Source: Ginsengibacter sp.
GTDB lineage: Bacteria > Bacteroidota > Bacteroidia > Chitinophagales > Chitinophagaceae
DNA length: 35,294 bases
NCBI GenBank assembly: GCA_039918735.1
Contig: JBDSGZ010000026.1
Span: 1 to 35,294 of the forward strand
Direction: 5' to 3'
Shown: positions 8,443 to 19,381 of the stretch, piece by piece
Layout of the letters: each line of letters opens with the position of its first letter
Numbering within the stretch: position 1 is the first letter of the stretch
The notes under the pieces: model-generated
What the model saw: only the letters and a program-made list of their open reading frames with translations
What the model was told of the DNA's origin: nothing
The model's database searches: none
Program-made: the position numbers and the translations under genes

Positions 8443-8671
8443 GGTTAATGAATTGAAGCAGATGGCACAAGACTTTGGATCCTTTATTTCAGCTATAGCT
8501 TTTTTATCAACTGCCAGTATACTAACAAGTGATTTATAGTTTTACAATTAATCCAGCGACTTTCAAACTCTACTGGAAAAATTATAGATTAGAAGTTGTG
8601 AATCAATTACGCTGAGAGCTCATCTGCCTAAAAATTCTTTTTTTATTTATTTAAACTATCGTTAATCAACT
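8426..8671 (+). promoter_or_regulatory. Internal promoter (TAATTTTG at 8426-8433) and long structured 5' leader of ricT
   Basis: A -7 box lies in the last codons of holB. Nested complementary segments are 8458-8464/8621-8627, 8466-8475/8593-8600, 8530-8543/8578-8591 and 8552-8556/8573-8577. Confidence 0.5.
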
Positions 8672-9901
8672 ATGAGTTGTACAAGCTGTAGTACCGGCAA
8701 ACCTAATGGATGTAAAAGTAATGGGGGATGCAGCACAGGTGGGTGTAATCGCATGAACGTTCATGATTGGTTGGCGAATCTTCCTTTCAGTGACAGCGAA
8801 AGCCAGTGTCACATTATTGAAGTTTCCTTTAACCAGGGCAGCAGAAAAGATTATTACAGAAATCTTACATTACAATATTTTGAGAAGGGCGATATAATCA
8901 CTGTGGAAGGAGTGAGTGGCTTTGACGTTGGTACAGTTAGCGTCACGGGAGAGCTTGTTCGCCTTCAATTGAAAAAGCACGGTATAAAAGAAGATAATCC
9001 CGACATAAAAAAAGTGCTGAGATTTTCGACTGATTCGGACATCACAAAGTGGAAAGAGACTAAGGCACGTGAACATGAAGTTCTAATTCGGAGCAGAGCA
9101 ATGGCGAGACAGCTCAACGTAGATTTAAAAATGGCCGAGGTGGAAATTCAGGCGGACAGTAGAAAAGCCACTTTTTTTTATATAGCTGATGAACGCGTTG
9201 ATTTTCGGGAACTGATAAAAAGGTACGCGTCCGAGTTTAAGGTAAAAGTCGAAATGCGCCAGATCGGTGCACGCCAGGAGGCAGGCAAGGTAGGAGGTAT
9301 TGGAAGTTGTGGGCGTGAACTATGTTGCAGCACATGGCTTACGGATTTTAAGAGTGTAAATACAGATGCAGCCCGTTATCAAAACCTGAGTATCAACCAG
9401 GCGAAATTGAGTGGTCAATGTGGAAGGTTGAAATGCTGTCTTAATTATGAACTCGATACTTACCTGGATGCGCTGCAACATTTTCCAGACGACGCCGATG
9501 TAATTGAAGTAGCAAAGGGACGCGCTTTCCTGGTTAAGAAAGATATCTTCCGTAACCTGATGTGGTATTCAATGCCAGATAATACTAAGTATTATCCTTT
9601 ATCGGTGGAAAGTGTGAAAAAAATTCTGGACCAAAATCGGAAAGGGATCAAGCCCGATACTCTTGAAACTGTAGAAGTTTTAAGTGGTAAACCAAAAGAA
9701 GTGGAGCCGGAGTTTGTAGATGTTGTGGGTCACATATCAATCAAGTCTTTGGAAAAAAATAGCCGCAGGCGAAAAAATGAAAACAACCGAAGAGGCCAAC
9801 AATCACAAGGTAAGCAGCAGCAGAAGCCGCAACAGAGAAACGATCAGCAATCCAACCAGAAGGGTAACAGAAACAGACCTCCAAGGAAAAATCAACCCTA
9901 G
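8672..9901 (+). CDS. ricT: PSP1-domain regulatory Fe-S protein RicT/YaaT
   Basis: FFYIADERVDFRELIK, EMRQIGARQEA, GGIGSCGRELCC and KLSGQCGRLKCCLNYE motifs; follows holB, as in many bacteria. Confidence 0.92.
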   Translation: MSCTSCSTGKPNGCKSNGGCSTGGCNRMNVHDWLANLPFSDSESQCHIIEVSFNQGSRKDYYRNLTLQYFEKGDIITVEGVSGFDVGTVSVTGELVRLQLKKHGIKEDNPDIKKVLRFSTDSDITKWKETKAREHEVLIRSRAMARQLNVDLKMAEVEIQADSRKATFFYIADERVDFRELIKRYASEFKVKVEMRQIGARQEAGKVGGIGSCGRELCCSTWLTDFKSVNTDAARYQNLSINQAKLSGQCGRLKCCLNYELDTYLDALQHFPDDADVIEVAKGRAFLVKKDIFRNLMWYSMPDNTKYYPLSVESVKKILDQNRKGIKPDTLETVEVLSGKPKEVEPEFVDVVGHISIKSLEKNSRRRKNENNRRGQQSQGKQQQKPQQRNDQQSNQKGNRNRPPRKNQP

Positions 9902-9982
9902 AAAGCAGCGGAAAGCCAATGCAATTAAATCATAAAAAACAGCTGTTAATTTTTTTTCTATAATCTGCACTACATTTGTTCG

Positions 9983-12204
<2,222 letters not shown>

Positions 12205-12259
12205 ATGGTGGTAAACGGAGGTAGAGTACTATCTTTTAGGAAAGCAAAATCCTGAATTT

Positions 12260-12562
12260 ATGAATAGGTTTTCAAAAATACTTGGTAACAAGTACCTTAT
12301 AACAGGATCGATATTTGTTGTTTGGATACTATTCTTTGATAGAAATGATGTGGGTCTTCAATTAAAGAGAGTAGGAGAATTAAAGACACTCAAGGAGAGC
12401 GAGAAAAAAATGGATAAGCAAATTGCTGATACCCGTGAGGAGTTGAATTTATTGAAGACTAACCCAAAGACCCTTGAAAAGTACGCCCGTGAAAAATATT
12501 TAATGAAAAAGGACAACGAAGACCTTTACATTATCACTTCTGATTCCTCATTAATTAAGTGA
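12260..12562 (+). CDS. ftsB: FtsB/DivIC septum formation initiator family protein
   Basis: One TM helix, a coiled coil and LEKYAREKYLMKKDNED; located downstream of eno. Confidence 0.85.
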   Translation: MNRFSKILGNKYLITGSIFVVWILFFDRNDVGLQLKRVGELKTLKESEKKMDKQIADTREELNLLKTNPKTLEKYAREKYLMKKDNEDLYIITSDSSLIK

Positions 12563-12635
12563 CGGAAACAATATTTTCGAAATTGGGTCGTTTTTGAATA
12601 TAGGATTGGATATTTTTCATTAAAGCTATTTATTT

Positions 12636-12872
12636 ATGACACACATTACCCAGGAAGATCTGGTGCAATATCTTTATAACGAGACTTCAGAATTAAAATC
12701 TGAACTTATTAGAGAGGCTTTGGAAACGGATATGGACCTGAGAGAAACTTTTGATACCCTTCTTTTGTCGCAAAAGAATCTCGAAGACATTGAACTATCT
12801 CCCCGGAAAGAATCTATAGACAAGATTCTTCAGTATGCCGCAAAGCATGAGAAGCAATTGCACTCGCACTAG
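12636..12872 (+). CDS. Small acidic hypothetical protein (78 aa), resembling an anti-sigma-factor N-terminal helical domain
   Basis: EDLVQYLYNETS...IREALETD..LRE; A-rich start context; followed by a terminator. Confidence 0.7.
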   Translation: MTHITQEDLVQYLYNETSELKSELIREALETDMDLRETFDTLLLSQKNLEDIELSPRKESIDKILQYAAKHEKQLHSH

Positions 12873-12895
12873 AAACTTCAAAAAAAGTTAATTTT

Positions 12896-12923
12896 GTCCT
12901 GTTCAAAAGACAGGACTTTTTTT
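12896..12923 (+). terminator. Rho-independent terminator abutting the nth start codon
   Basis: GTCCTGT-TCAAAAG-ACAGGAC followed by T7, then ATG at 12924. Confidence 0.65.
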
Positions 12924-13598
12924 ATGAGAAAAACGGAGCGATATCAATTTGTTATTGAATATTTTTTATCTCATTCTCCTGATGCAGAAACAGAATTGAT
13001 CTATGATGATCCTTACGAACTTCTCGTGTCTGTAATACTATCAGCTCAATGCACTGATAAAAGAGTAAATGAAACGACGCCAGCATTTTTTAGAAAATTT
13101 CCGAATGCCCAAACCCTTGCGAAAGCCTCGTTCGACGATGTTTTCCCGTTTATCAAAAGCATTTCCTATCCAAATAATAAAACCAGGCACCTGATTGGAA
13201 TGGGGGGTATGGTAATGGAAAAATTTGGTGGCCAAATACCAATGACAGTTGAAGAGTTGATACAGTTGCCAGGCGTGGGTCGCAAAACTGCGAATGTAAT
13301 AACGTCTGTAATTGACAGCCAGCCAAATATGGCAGTTGACACCCACGTCTTCAGAGTTGCTGCCCGGATCGGTTTAACCACAAATGCAAAAACTCCATTG
13401 GCAGCAGAAAAGCAATTGGTTGAAGATATTCCTGCTCCCCTGATTCATAAAGCACATCATTGGCTCATATTGCACGGCCGTTACGTTTGCGTTGCACGCC
13501 GTCCGAAGTGCGAAATTTGCGGAATAAAACCTGTGTGTAAGTATTACCACAAGGTGATGGAGAAGAAGATTGAAGCTAACGGAAAACCCAACAAATAA
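12924..13598 (+). CDS. nth: Endonuclease III
   Basis: LLVSVILSAQCTD, HhH motif LPGVGRKTAN, VDTHVFRV and Fe-S motif C-x6-C-x2-C-x5-C. Start moved to MRKTERY. Confidence 0.96.
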   Translation: MRKTERYQFVIEYFLSHSPDAETELIYDDPYELLVSVILSAQCTDKRVNETTPAFFRKFPNAQTLAKASFDDVFPFIKSISYPNNKTRHLIGMGGMVMEKFGGQIPMTVEELIQLPGVGRKTANVITSVIDSQPNMAVDTHVFRVAARIGLTTNAKTPLAAEKQLVEDIPAPLIHKAHHWLILHGRYVCVARRPKCEICGIKPVCKYYHKVMEKKIEANGKPNK

Positions 13599-13616
13599 AA
13601 GGACAAATTGAAGAAA

Positions 13617-15467
13617 CTATAACTTCAGCAGCCTTTTCATTTCATCCACGAGTTCTTGTTTTGTGAGTGGCACACCCATAATTTTATTGTATCCTTTTGC
13701 ATCCACAAGGTACTGATCACGAATTACTTTGATCAATTGCCCATTGTTTAGCTCCGGAATTAATACGGTATCAAAATTTTTGAGAATCTCTCCGAGGTTT
13801 TTCGGAAAGGGACGAATATAGCGCAGGTGTGTGTGAGCAACAGAATATCCTTCTGCAAGCAATGACGAAACAGCACTCCTGATAGCACCATAGGTGCTTC
13901 CCCATCCCAGAACCAACAAACTACCTTTCTCAGGGCCATTGTCAATTTTTTGTTCGGGAATATCGTCGGCTATTTTATCAATTTTCTGTTGCCGGATCTT
14001 AACCATTAACTCATGGTTTTCCGGATCGTAACTCACGTTGCCGGTGATGTTTTGTTTTTCAAGCCCACCGACTCTGTGCTCGAGTCCGGCATATCCTGGA
14101 ATGGCCCACGGCCTCACAAAATTTTCATCACGGAGATAAGGCTGAAATACCTCTTCATGATGTCCCAATTCAGTTTTGAAATTTACTTTAATTGGTGCAA
14201 GATCCTTGCTCTCAGGGTATTTCCAGGGTTCCGCTCCGTTGGCAATATATCCGTCACTTAAAAAAATGACCGGTGTCATATGCTGCACGGAAATACGGGC
14301 TGCTTCATATACAGCTCCAAAACAATCACTCGGCGTGGACGCTGATACAACAGGCATTGGACATTCGCCATTTCTTCCGTATAATGCCTGCAACAGATCG
14401 CTTTGTTCGGTTTTTGTGGGTAAGCCTGTTGAAGGACCACCCCGCTGCACATTACAAATCAGCAATGGAATTTCAAGCATCACGGCAAGCCCCATGGCTT
14501 CGGATTTTAGCGCCATTCCGGGTCCGCTTGTAGTTGTTACTCCAAGGCTTCCGCCATAGGCAGCCCCGATAACCGAGGCGATTGCTGATATCTCATCCTC
14601 CGCCTGGAATGTTTTTATACCAAAAGATTTGTGTCGGCTCAACTCATGTAAAATATCACTTGCCGGCGTGATTGGATAAGATCCCAGAAACAATTGTAGA
14701 CCACTTTTTTGAGACGCTGCTATCAATCCATAAGCAAGAGCCTGGTTTCCCATGATACTGCGATAATTGCCCGGAGGCATTTTTGCTTTTTCTACAGAAT
14801 AACGTGTGGTAAAGGTTTCGGTAGTTTCCCCAAAATTGTACCCTGCTTTCAACACCGTAATGTTGCTTTCCATTATAGCCGTCTTTTTCGAAAACTTTTC
14901 AGTTAAGAACTTGATTGTATTATCCATGCTGCGATTATACATCCAATATAGAAATCCCAGCACAAACATATTTTTTGCCCGGTCCTTTTCTTTGGTACCC
15001 ATCTCAAAGTCCTTCAGTGTCTCTCTAGTGATTTTAGTTACATCAATTTTAATTACTTCGTAACCATCAAGACTTCCATCTTCCGCAGGATTCGCACCAT
15101 CAGGATAATTAGCAAGGCGGAGATTTTTTACGTCAAAACCATCCACATTGATTATTATTTTTCCGCCGGGTTTTAACGCCCTGAGATTCGTTTTTAATGC
15201 GGCCGCATTCATGGCTACGAGTACATCACAGGTGTCTCCCGGTGTGAATACCGGTTCGCTTGAAAACCGTAGCTGAAAACCACTCACCCCTGGCAAAGTT
15301 CCCTGCGGAGCCCTGATTTCCGCCGGAAAATCCGGAAATGTCGCCAGGTCAATACCCAACATCGCTGTGTTGTTGGTAAACTGTGTTCCGGTAAGTTGCA
15401 TACCATCTCCGCTATCGCCGGCAAATTTTATAACAACGTCTTTTAAAACCTCTTCCCTAGTATTCAT
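13617..15467 (-). CDS. korA: 2-oxoacid:acceptor (ferredoxin) oxidoreductase alpha subunit
   Basis: AGDSGDGMQLTG, YPITPAS, QAEDEI, TSGPG and QRGGPSTGLPTKTEQSDL. TAAATTTG box at 15495-15502 on the minus strand. Substrate specificity cannot be determined. Confidence 0.92.
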   Translation of the reverse strand: MNTREEVLKDVVIKFAGDSGDGMQLTGTQFTNNTAMLGIDLATFPDFPAEIRAPQGTLPGVSGFQLRFSSEPVFTPGDTCDVLVAMNAAALKTNLRALKPGGKIIINVDGFDVKNLRLANYPDGANPAEDGSLDGYEVIKIDVTKITRETLKDFEMGTKEKDRAKNMFVLGFLYWMYNRSMDNTIKFLTEKFSKKTAIMESNITVLKAGYNFGETTETFTTRYSVEKAKMPPGNYRSIMGNQALAYGLIAASQKSGLQLFLGSYPITPASDILHELSRHKSFGIKTFQAEDEISAIASVIGAAYGGSLGVTTTSGPGMALKSEAMGLAVMLEIPLLICNVQRGGPSTGLPTKTEQSDLLQALYGRNGECPMPVVSASTPSDCFGAVYEAARISVQHMTPVIFLSDGYIANGAEPWKYPESKDLAPIKVNFKTELGHHEEVFQPYLRDENFVRPWAIPGYAGLEHRVGGLEKQNITGNVSYDPENHELMVKIRQQKIDKIADDIPEQKIDNGPEKGSLLVLGWGSTYGAIRSAVSSLLAEGYSVAHTHLRYIRPFPKNLGEILKNFDTVLIPELNNGQLIKVIRDQYLVDAKGYNKIMGVPLTKQELVDEMKRLLKL

Positions 15468-15685
15468 AATAACAGAATGAAATTTACTTATTCACAAATT
15501 TAAAGTTTGAAGATGAAAAAACGATTTGTTTTTTGCATTCGAATTATGGTAAGAAGTGAGTTTTAACAGTGAAGTGAATTTTAAATCTTAGACAATGTCA
15601 AAAGATGGTGGAAGTCATCCTGAAACGAGCTCGTTGGAGAGTTGTAATAATAACTCACTTTCTTTGTAAAAATTGATTTCTTCCA

Positions 15686-17812
15686 ATGTTAAAAGAACAA
15701 ACAAAGGAACTGCGATATTTTTTGTTCAGTCAATATCTTGCCGATGGGATACGCATCGCGCTGGAGATTGTACTTCCCGCCGTAGTTTTCGCCTTAATTG
15801 GCCGGTTGGAGATCGGCATCACTATATCGCTCGGAGCATTGGCAGTAGGTATCAGTGATGGTCCGGGTCCAGTGGAACACAAGAAAAATGGGATGTTGTA
15901 TTGCAACATTTTTGCTTTTTTGATGGCCCTGGTTACAGGTTTCCTGAATCATTCTATTTTTTTGACCGGGTTGTTGGTTTTGTTTTCTTCGTTCTTCTTC
16001 ACAATGTTTACTGTATTCGGCAACAGGGCCACAACGATTGGTACGGCAGCCCTGTTGATCATGGTACTGAGAATTTCAAATGTTCTTCCCGCGTCAGAAG
16101 TAGTTTTCTCGAGCTTGCTCATTTTGGCCGGAGGAACCTGGTATATGCTTGTGGCATTGTTATTTTACAGAATTACTCCTTATCGGCCGGCGCAAAGATC
16201 TTTAGGTGACTGCATTCGTGAAACTGCAACATTCTTAAAAATAAAAGCAAACTTGTTTTTGCCAACAACTAATCTTGAAGAAGCATACGATAAGTTAGTT
16301 CACCAGCAGGTGGCAGTGAGTCAAAAACAGGATGAAACGAGGGAGCTTCTTTTTAAAAACAGGGCATTGCTAAAAGAATCGACCCACTCAGGGCGAAAGC
16401 TTGTTGTCACCTTTGTTGAGGTAGTAGATCTGTATGAACAAATAACGGCTAACTGGTATGATTACAAGTTGCTAAGAAGTAAATTTCTTGCAACCGGAAT
16501 ATTAGAGCAAATAGCGCTGGTTGCTACAGGGATTTCGAACGAGTTAGATAACATAGGGCATGCGATACAATCTAATTTTGATTACACGCAAGAACGCAAC
16601 CTGGTTGCCGATTTGCAAAAACTTAGAGAAGAAATAGATGCGGTCGGGGATGCAGGAATTAACAATTTCCTTCTCAAGCGGGTGTTGATTAATCTTAGAA
16701 AACTGGTTCGGCAGACAGATGAATTATTTATTTATTTCAATACCGAAAGAGCCTCCAAAAAAAAGCTGCGAAGTGTTGGAGAGTATTCAAGATTCGTTTC
16801 TCACCAGACTGTAAGCTTTCGGGTATTTCGAAACAATCTTACGATGGAATCTTCTGTGTTCAGGCATGCGCTGAGAATGACCATTGCATGCATGCTGGGC
16901 TTTACGGTTTCAAAATTGATTTCCTATGGACACCACAGTTACTGGATTCTCATGACGATCATCATTATTTTGAAACCAGGTTTTAGCCTGACCAAGCAGC
17001 GGAATTATGAGCGTTTTACAGGCACACTTGCAGGAGGAATTTTAGGACTATTGATAATTGCGTTCGTGCAAGATCCTGTTGTCCTTTTTATAATCATGTT
17101 CATCTTTATGATTGCCACTTATACTTTTGTGCGTTTGCGGTATTTGGTGATGGTGATTTGCATGACTCCCTATATACTGATATTCTTCAACTTTTTAGGC
17201 CTCGGTATTTTTGACCTGGCAAGTGAAAGACTTTTGGATACTGCTATTGCTGCGGTGATCGCTTTTTTTTCCAGCTATTATCTTTTTCCTTATTGGGAGT
17301 CTAAACAATTGCCTGCTTATATGTCAAGTACACTAAGAGCAAATCTCGACTACCTTCAAAAATTAGGCGATACTATCTGCGGAAAAGTGGGTTCCTCACT
17401 GGATTATAAATTAGTCAGAAAAGAAGTGATAGTAAGTACTGCCAACCTCGCTGCCGCGTTTCACAGGATGCTAAGTGAACCAAAAAATAAACAACTTCAT
17501 TCCTCGAAGATTTATGAATTTGTAGTATTGAATCATGTTCTCTCCTCAAATATCGCAGCCGTTACTGATACCCTTTCTGCAAAAGAAAAAATAAACTCGG
17601 AAGAACTGTATCAACCGGTAAGGCGCTCCATTAATATTTTGAAAAAATCACTCGATGAACTTGACAATTCAGGCGAAAGTCTGCCGGTCAAACAGCTCTC
17701 TAATACTACGAACGACAGTAAACTCACCGATCGAAGTTTAACTGAACAGGTGAATTTTATAAACAAAGTAGCTGTTGATATTGGAAAAATAACCTCGCAG
17801 ATCGCGAAATAA
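15686..17812 (+). CDS. FUSC family (YccS/YhfK-like) inner membrane protein
   Basis: Two hydrophobic TM bundles; FRHALR, HSYWILMTIIIILKPGFSLTKQRNYERFTGT and ERLLDT motifs. Confidence 0.88.
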   Translation: MLKEQTKELRYFLFSQYLADGIRIALEIVLPAVVFALIGRLEIGITISLGALAVGISDGPGPVEHKKNGMLYCNIFAFLMALVTGFLNHSIFLTGLLVLFSSFFFTMFTVFGNRATTIGTAALLIMVLRISNVLPASEVVFSSLLILAGGTWYMLVALLFYRITPYRPAQRSLGDCIRETATFLKIKANLFLPTTNLEEAYDKLVHQQVAVSQKQDETRELLFKNRALLKESTHSGRKLVVTFVEVVDLYEQITANWYDYKLLRSKFLATGILEQIALVATGISNELDNIGHAIQSNFDYTQERNLVADLQKLREEIDAVGDAGINNFLLKRVLINLRKLVRQTDELFIYFNTERASKKKLRSVGEYSRFVSHQTVSFRVFRNNLTMESSVFRHALRMTIACMLGFTVSKLISYGHHSYWILMTIIIILKPGFSLTKQRNYERFTGTLAGGILGLLIIAFVQDPVVLFIIMFIFMIATYTFVRLRYLVMVICMTPYILIFFNFLGLGIFDLASERLLDTAIAAVIAFFSSYYLFPYWESKQLPAYMSSTLRANLDYLQKLGDTICGKVGSSLDYKLVRKEVIVSTANLAAAFHRMLSEPKNKQLHSSKIYEFVVLNHVLSSNIAAVTDTLSAKEKINSEELYQPVRRSINILKKSLDELDNSGESLPVKQLSNTTNDSKLTDRSLTEQVNFINKVAVDIGKITSQIAK

Positions 17813-17899
17813 GAATTTTCCTTGTTAGCTAACTTTTGTTTGCCAGACTTCACCCTCGATTATAAGTTCTTGAAGTGTTATCTTTGTAAATATTTAAAA

Positions 17900-18835
17900 A
17901 TGGATTCTACTCAAGATATATTATCGATAGCTCTCAATCATCCCGTCATGTATGAGGACTTGGAAATCGTGCAGCAAAAGGAACAAACGATACCAGGTTC
18001 TGTGCAGTACGTGATTAGACGTTATCGCAACCGGCCACAGATGTCATTTGAGGATACAGGGATGATCGCCTATAACTATATCAGCGATGAAAACAGAGAA
18101 CCGAATCTTGAAATGATATTTTGCATTTCAGGTAATCGTTATTGCAAACAGAAAGACAGCGAATGTAACTTTTGTAAACATTCCCTTTCCCACAATTGTG
18201 ACGAGCTGACTAAAACTGTGGATGTAGCTCGCTTTCGGTTTAATGCAGATCACCTTTCCAAGTTTATTAACGGGGTTAAAACTACCAGTTTTTCTGAAGA
18301 CATTTTGCATTTCAGGCATACCTCGTCTTTCACTAAAACCTTGCCTCTTTGCAGCAGGATGAGATCTGTTCTGGAAGCGTTATTGAATCATACTTATTCT
18401 GGTAGTCTTGAAAATATATTTATAAATGCCCAGGCTCAAATGCTGTTGCTCTACGGAATGGAGTGCATGGCAGGGGAAGGCGAAGATTCGTTTTCCTGCA
18501 AATTCCTGGCAAATGAAGCAGACAGAGAGAAGATTGCTTTAGCCAGGGAAATTCTTTTACAACATATCGGTGAGCCATTGACCATTAAGGAGCTTAGTCG
18601 TAAAGCGGCTATCAATGAATGTTATCTGAAGAAAGGTTTCAAAGAAATGTATGGTACCACCATCTTCGATTTCTTTCAAAGCCAGCGCATGGAACATGCT
18701 AAATACCTTTTGTATGAAAAAGGGTTAAGTGTGACTGATGTGTCTGCACTTTTGGGATATTCTTCAATCTCTCACTTTTCTACAGCATTCAAAAAACATA
18801 CGGGCCTTAAACCCTGCGAACTTCTCTTTCGTTAA
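17900..18835 (+). CDS. AraC family transcriptional regulator with Cys-rich N-terminal domain
   Basis: C-terminal double HTH (LTIKELSR...LKKGFKEMYGTTI...GYSSISHFSTAFKKHTG). TATCTTTG box at 17879-17886 supports the ATG at 17900. Confidence 0.92.
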   Translation: MDSTQDILSIALNHPVMYEDLEIVQQKEQTIPGSVQYVIRRYRNRPQMSFEDTGMIAYNYISDENREPNLEMIFCISGNRYCKQKDSECNFCKHSLSHNCDELTKTVDVARFRFNADHLSKFINGVKTTSFSEDILHFRHTSSFTKTLPLCSRMRSVLEALLNHTYSGSLENIFINAQAQMLLLYGMECMAGEGEDSFSCKFLANEADREKIALAREILLQHIGEPLTIKELSRKAAINECYLKKGFKEMYGTTIFDFFQSQRMEHAKYLLYEKGLSVTDVSALLGYSSISHFSTAFKKHTGLKPCELLFR

Positions 18836-18856
18836 TATTTCTCTGGCTCCACAGAT

Positions 18857-19381
18857 TTAATCTTTCCGGTATTTTTTATACAGCTTGATTGCCAGCAGAA
18901 GAATAATTGCAAAGGTCACCAGGCCTCCAATTCCCCAGACCGCACTTAGCAATTGTTTGACGGTTGCTAACATGATGATTGCGATTAGAAAAATAGTTGC
19001 TACTTCATTCCATATTCTTAGTTGCTGCGAAGTCCATTTAAAATTTTCCATTCGTTGCTGTCTGAAAATAGTATGCAGGCTAACATGATAAATGAACAGC
19101 CCAAGCACAAAAAAAAGTTTTACCAAAAGCCACAGAGGTAAGCTTCCATATAGCAATCCGATCCATGTGCCAAAGATCAGTGTGAGAACCGCGGAAGGCC
19201 ATGTGATGCCGAACCATAGCCGCTTTTGCATTAGCCCAAACTGCTTTAAAAGAATTGCTCTTTCTGGTTCTTCTTTATTCGAGGCCTCCGCGCTGTAAAC
19301 AAATAATCTTACGATATAAAAAAGCCCGGCAAACCACGTAACAATGAAAATAATGTGCAGGGCTTTGATATAGAAATACAT
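18857..19381 (-). CDS. hemJ: Protoporphyrinogen IX oxidase HemJ (CopD-like family)
   Basis: IKALHIIFIVTWFAGLFYIVRLFVY, WLLVKL and LRIWNEVAT. Start moved to MYFYIK. Confidence 0.92.
   Translation of the reverse strand: MYFYIKALHIIFIVTWFAGLFYIVRLFVYSAEASNKEEPERAILLKQFGLMQKRLWFGITWPSAVLTLIFGTWIGLLYGSLPLWLLVKLFFVLGLFIYHVSLHTIFRQQRMENFKWTSQQLRIWNEVATIFLIAIIMLATVKQLLSAVWGIGGLVTFAIILLLAIKLYKKYRKD

Noticed and set aside
9763-9898. CAG/CAA-rich stretch as a tandem repeat or CRISPR array
   Set aside because: It is low-complexity coding sequence for the RicT tail, with no regular repeat-spacer unit.
18165-18181. CNFCKH as a c-type heme attachment site
   Set aside because: The motif is CxxCxH rather than CxxCH, and the protein is cytoplasmic with no signal peptide.
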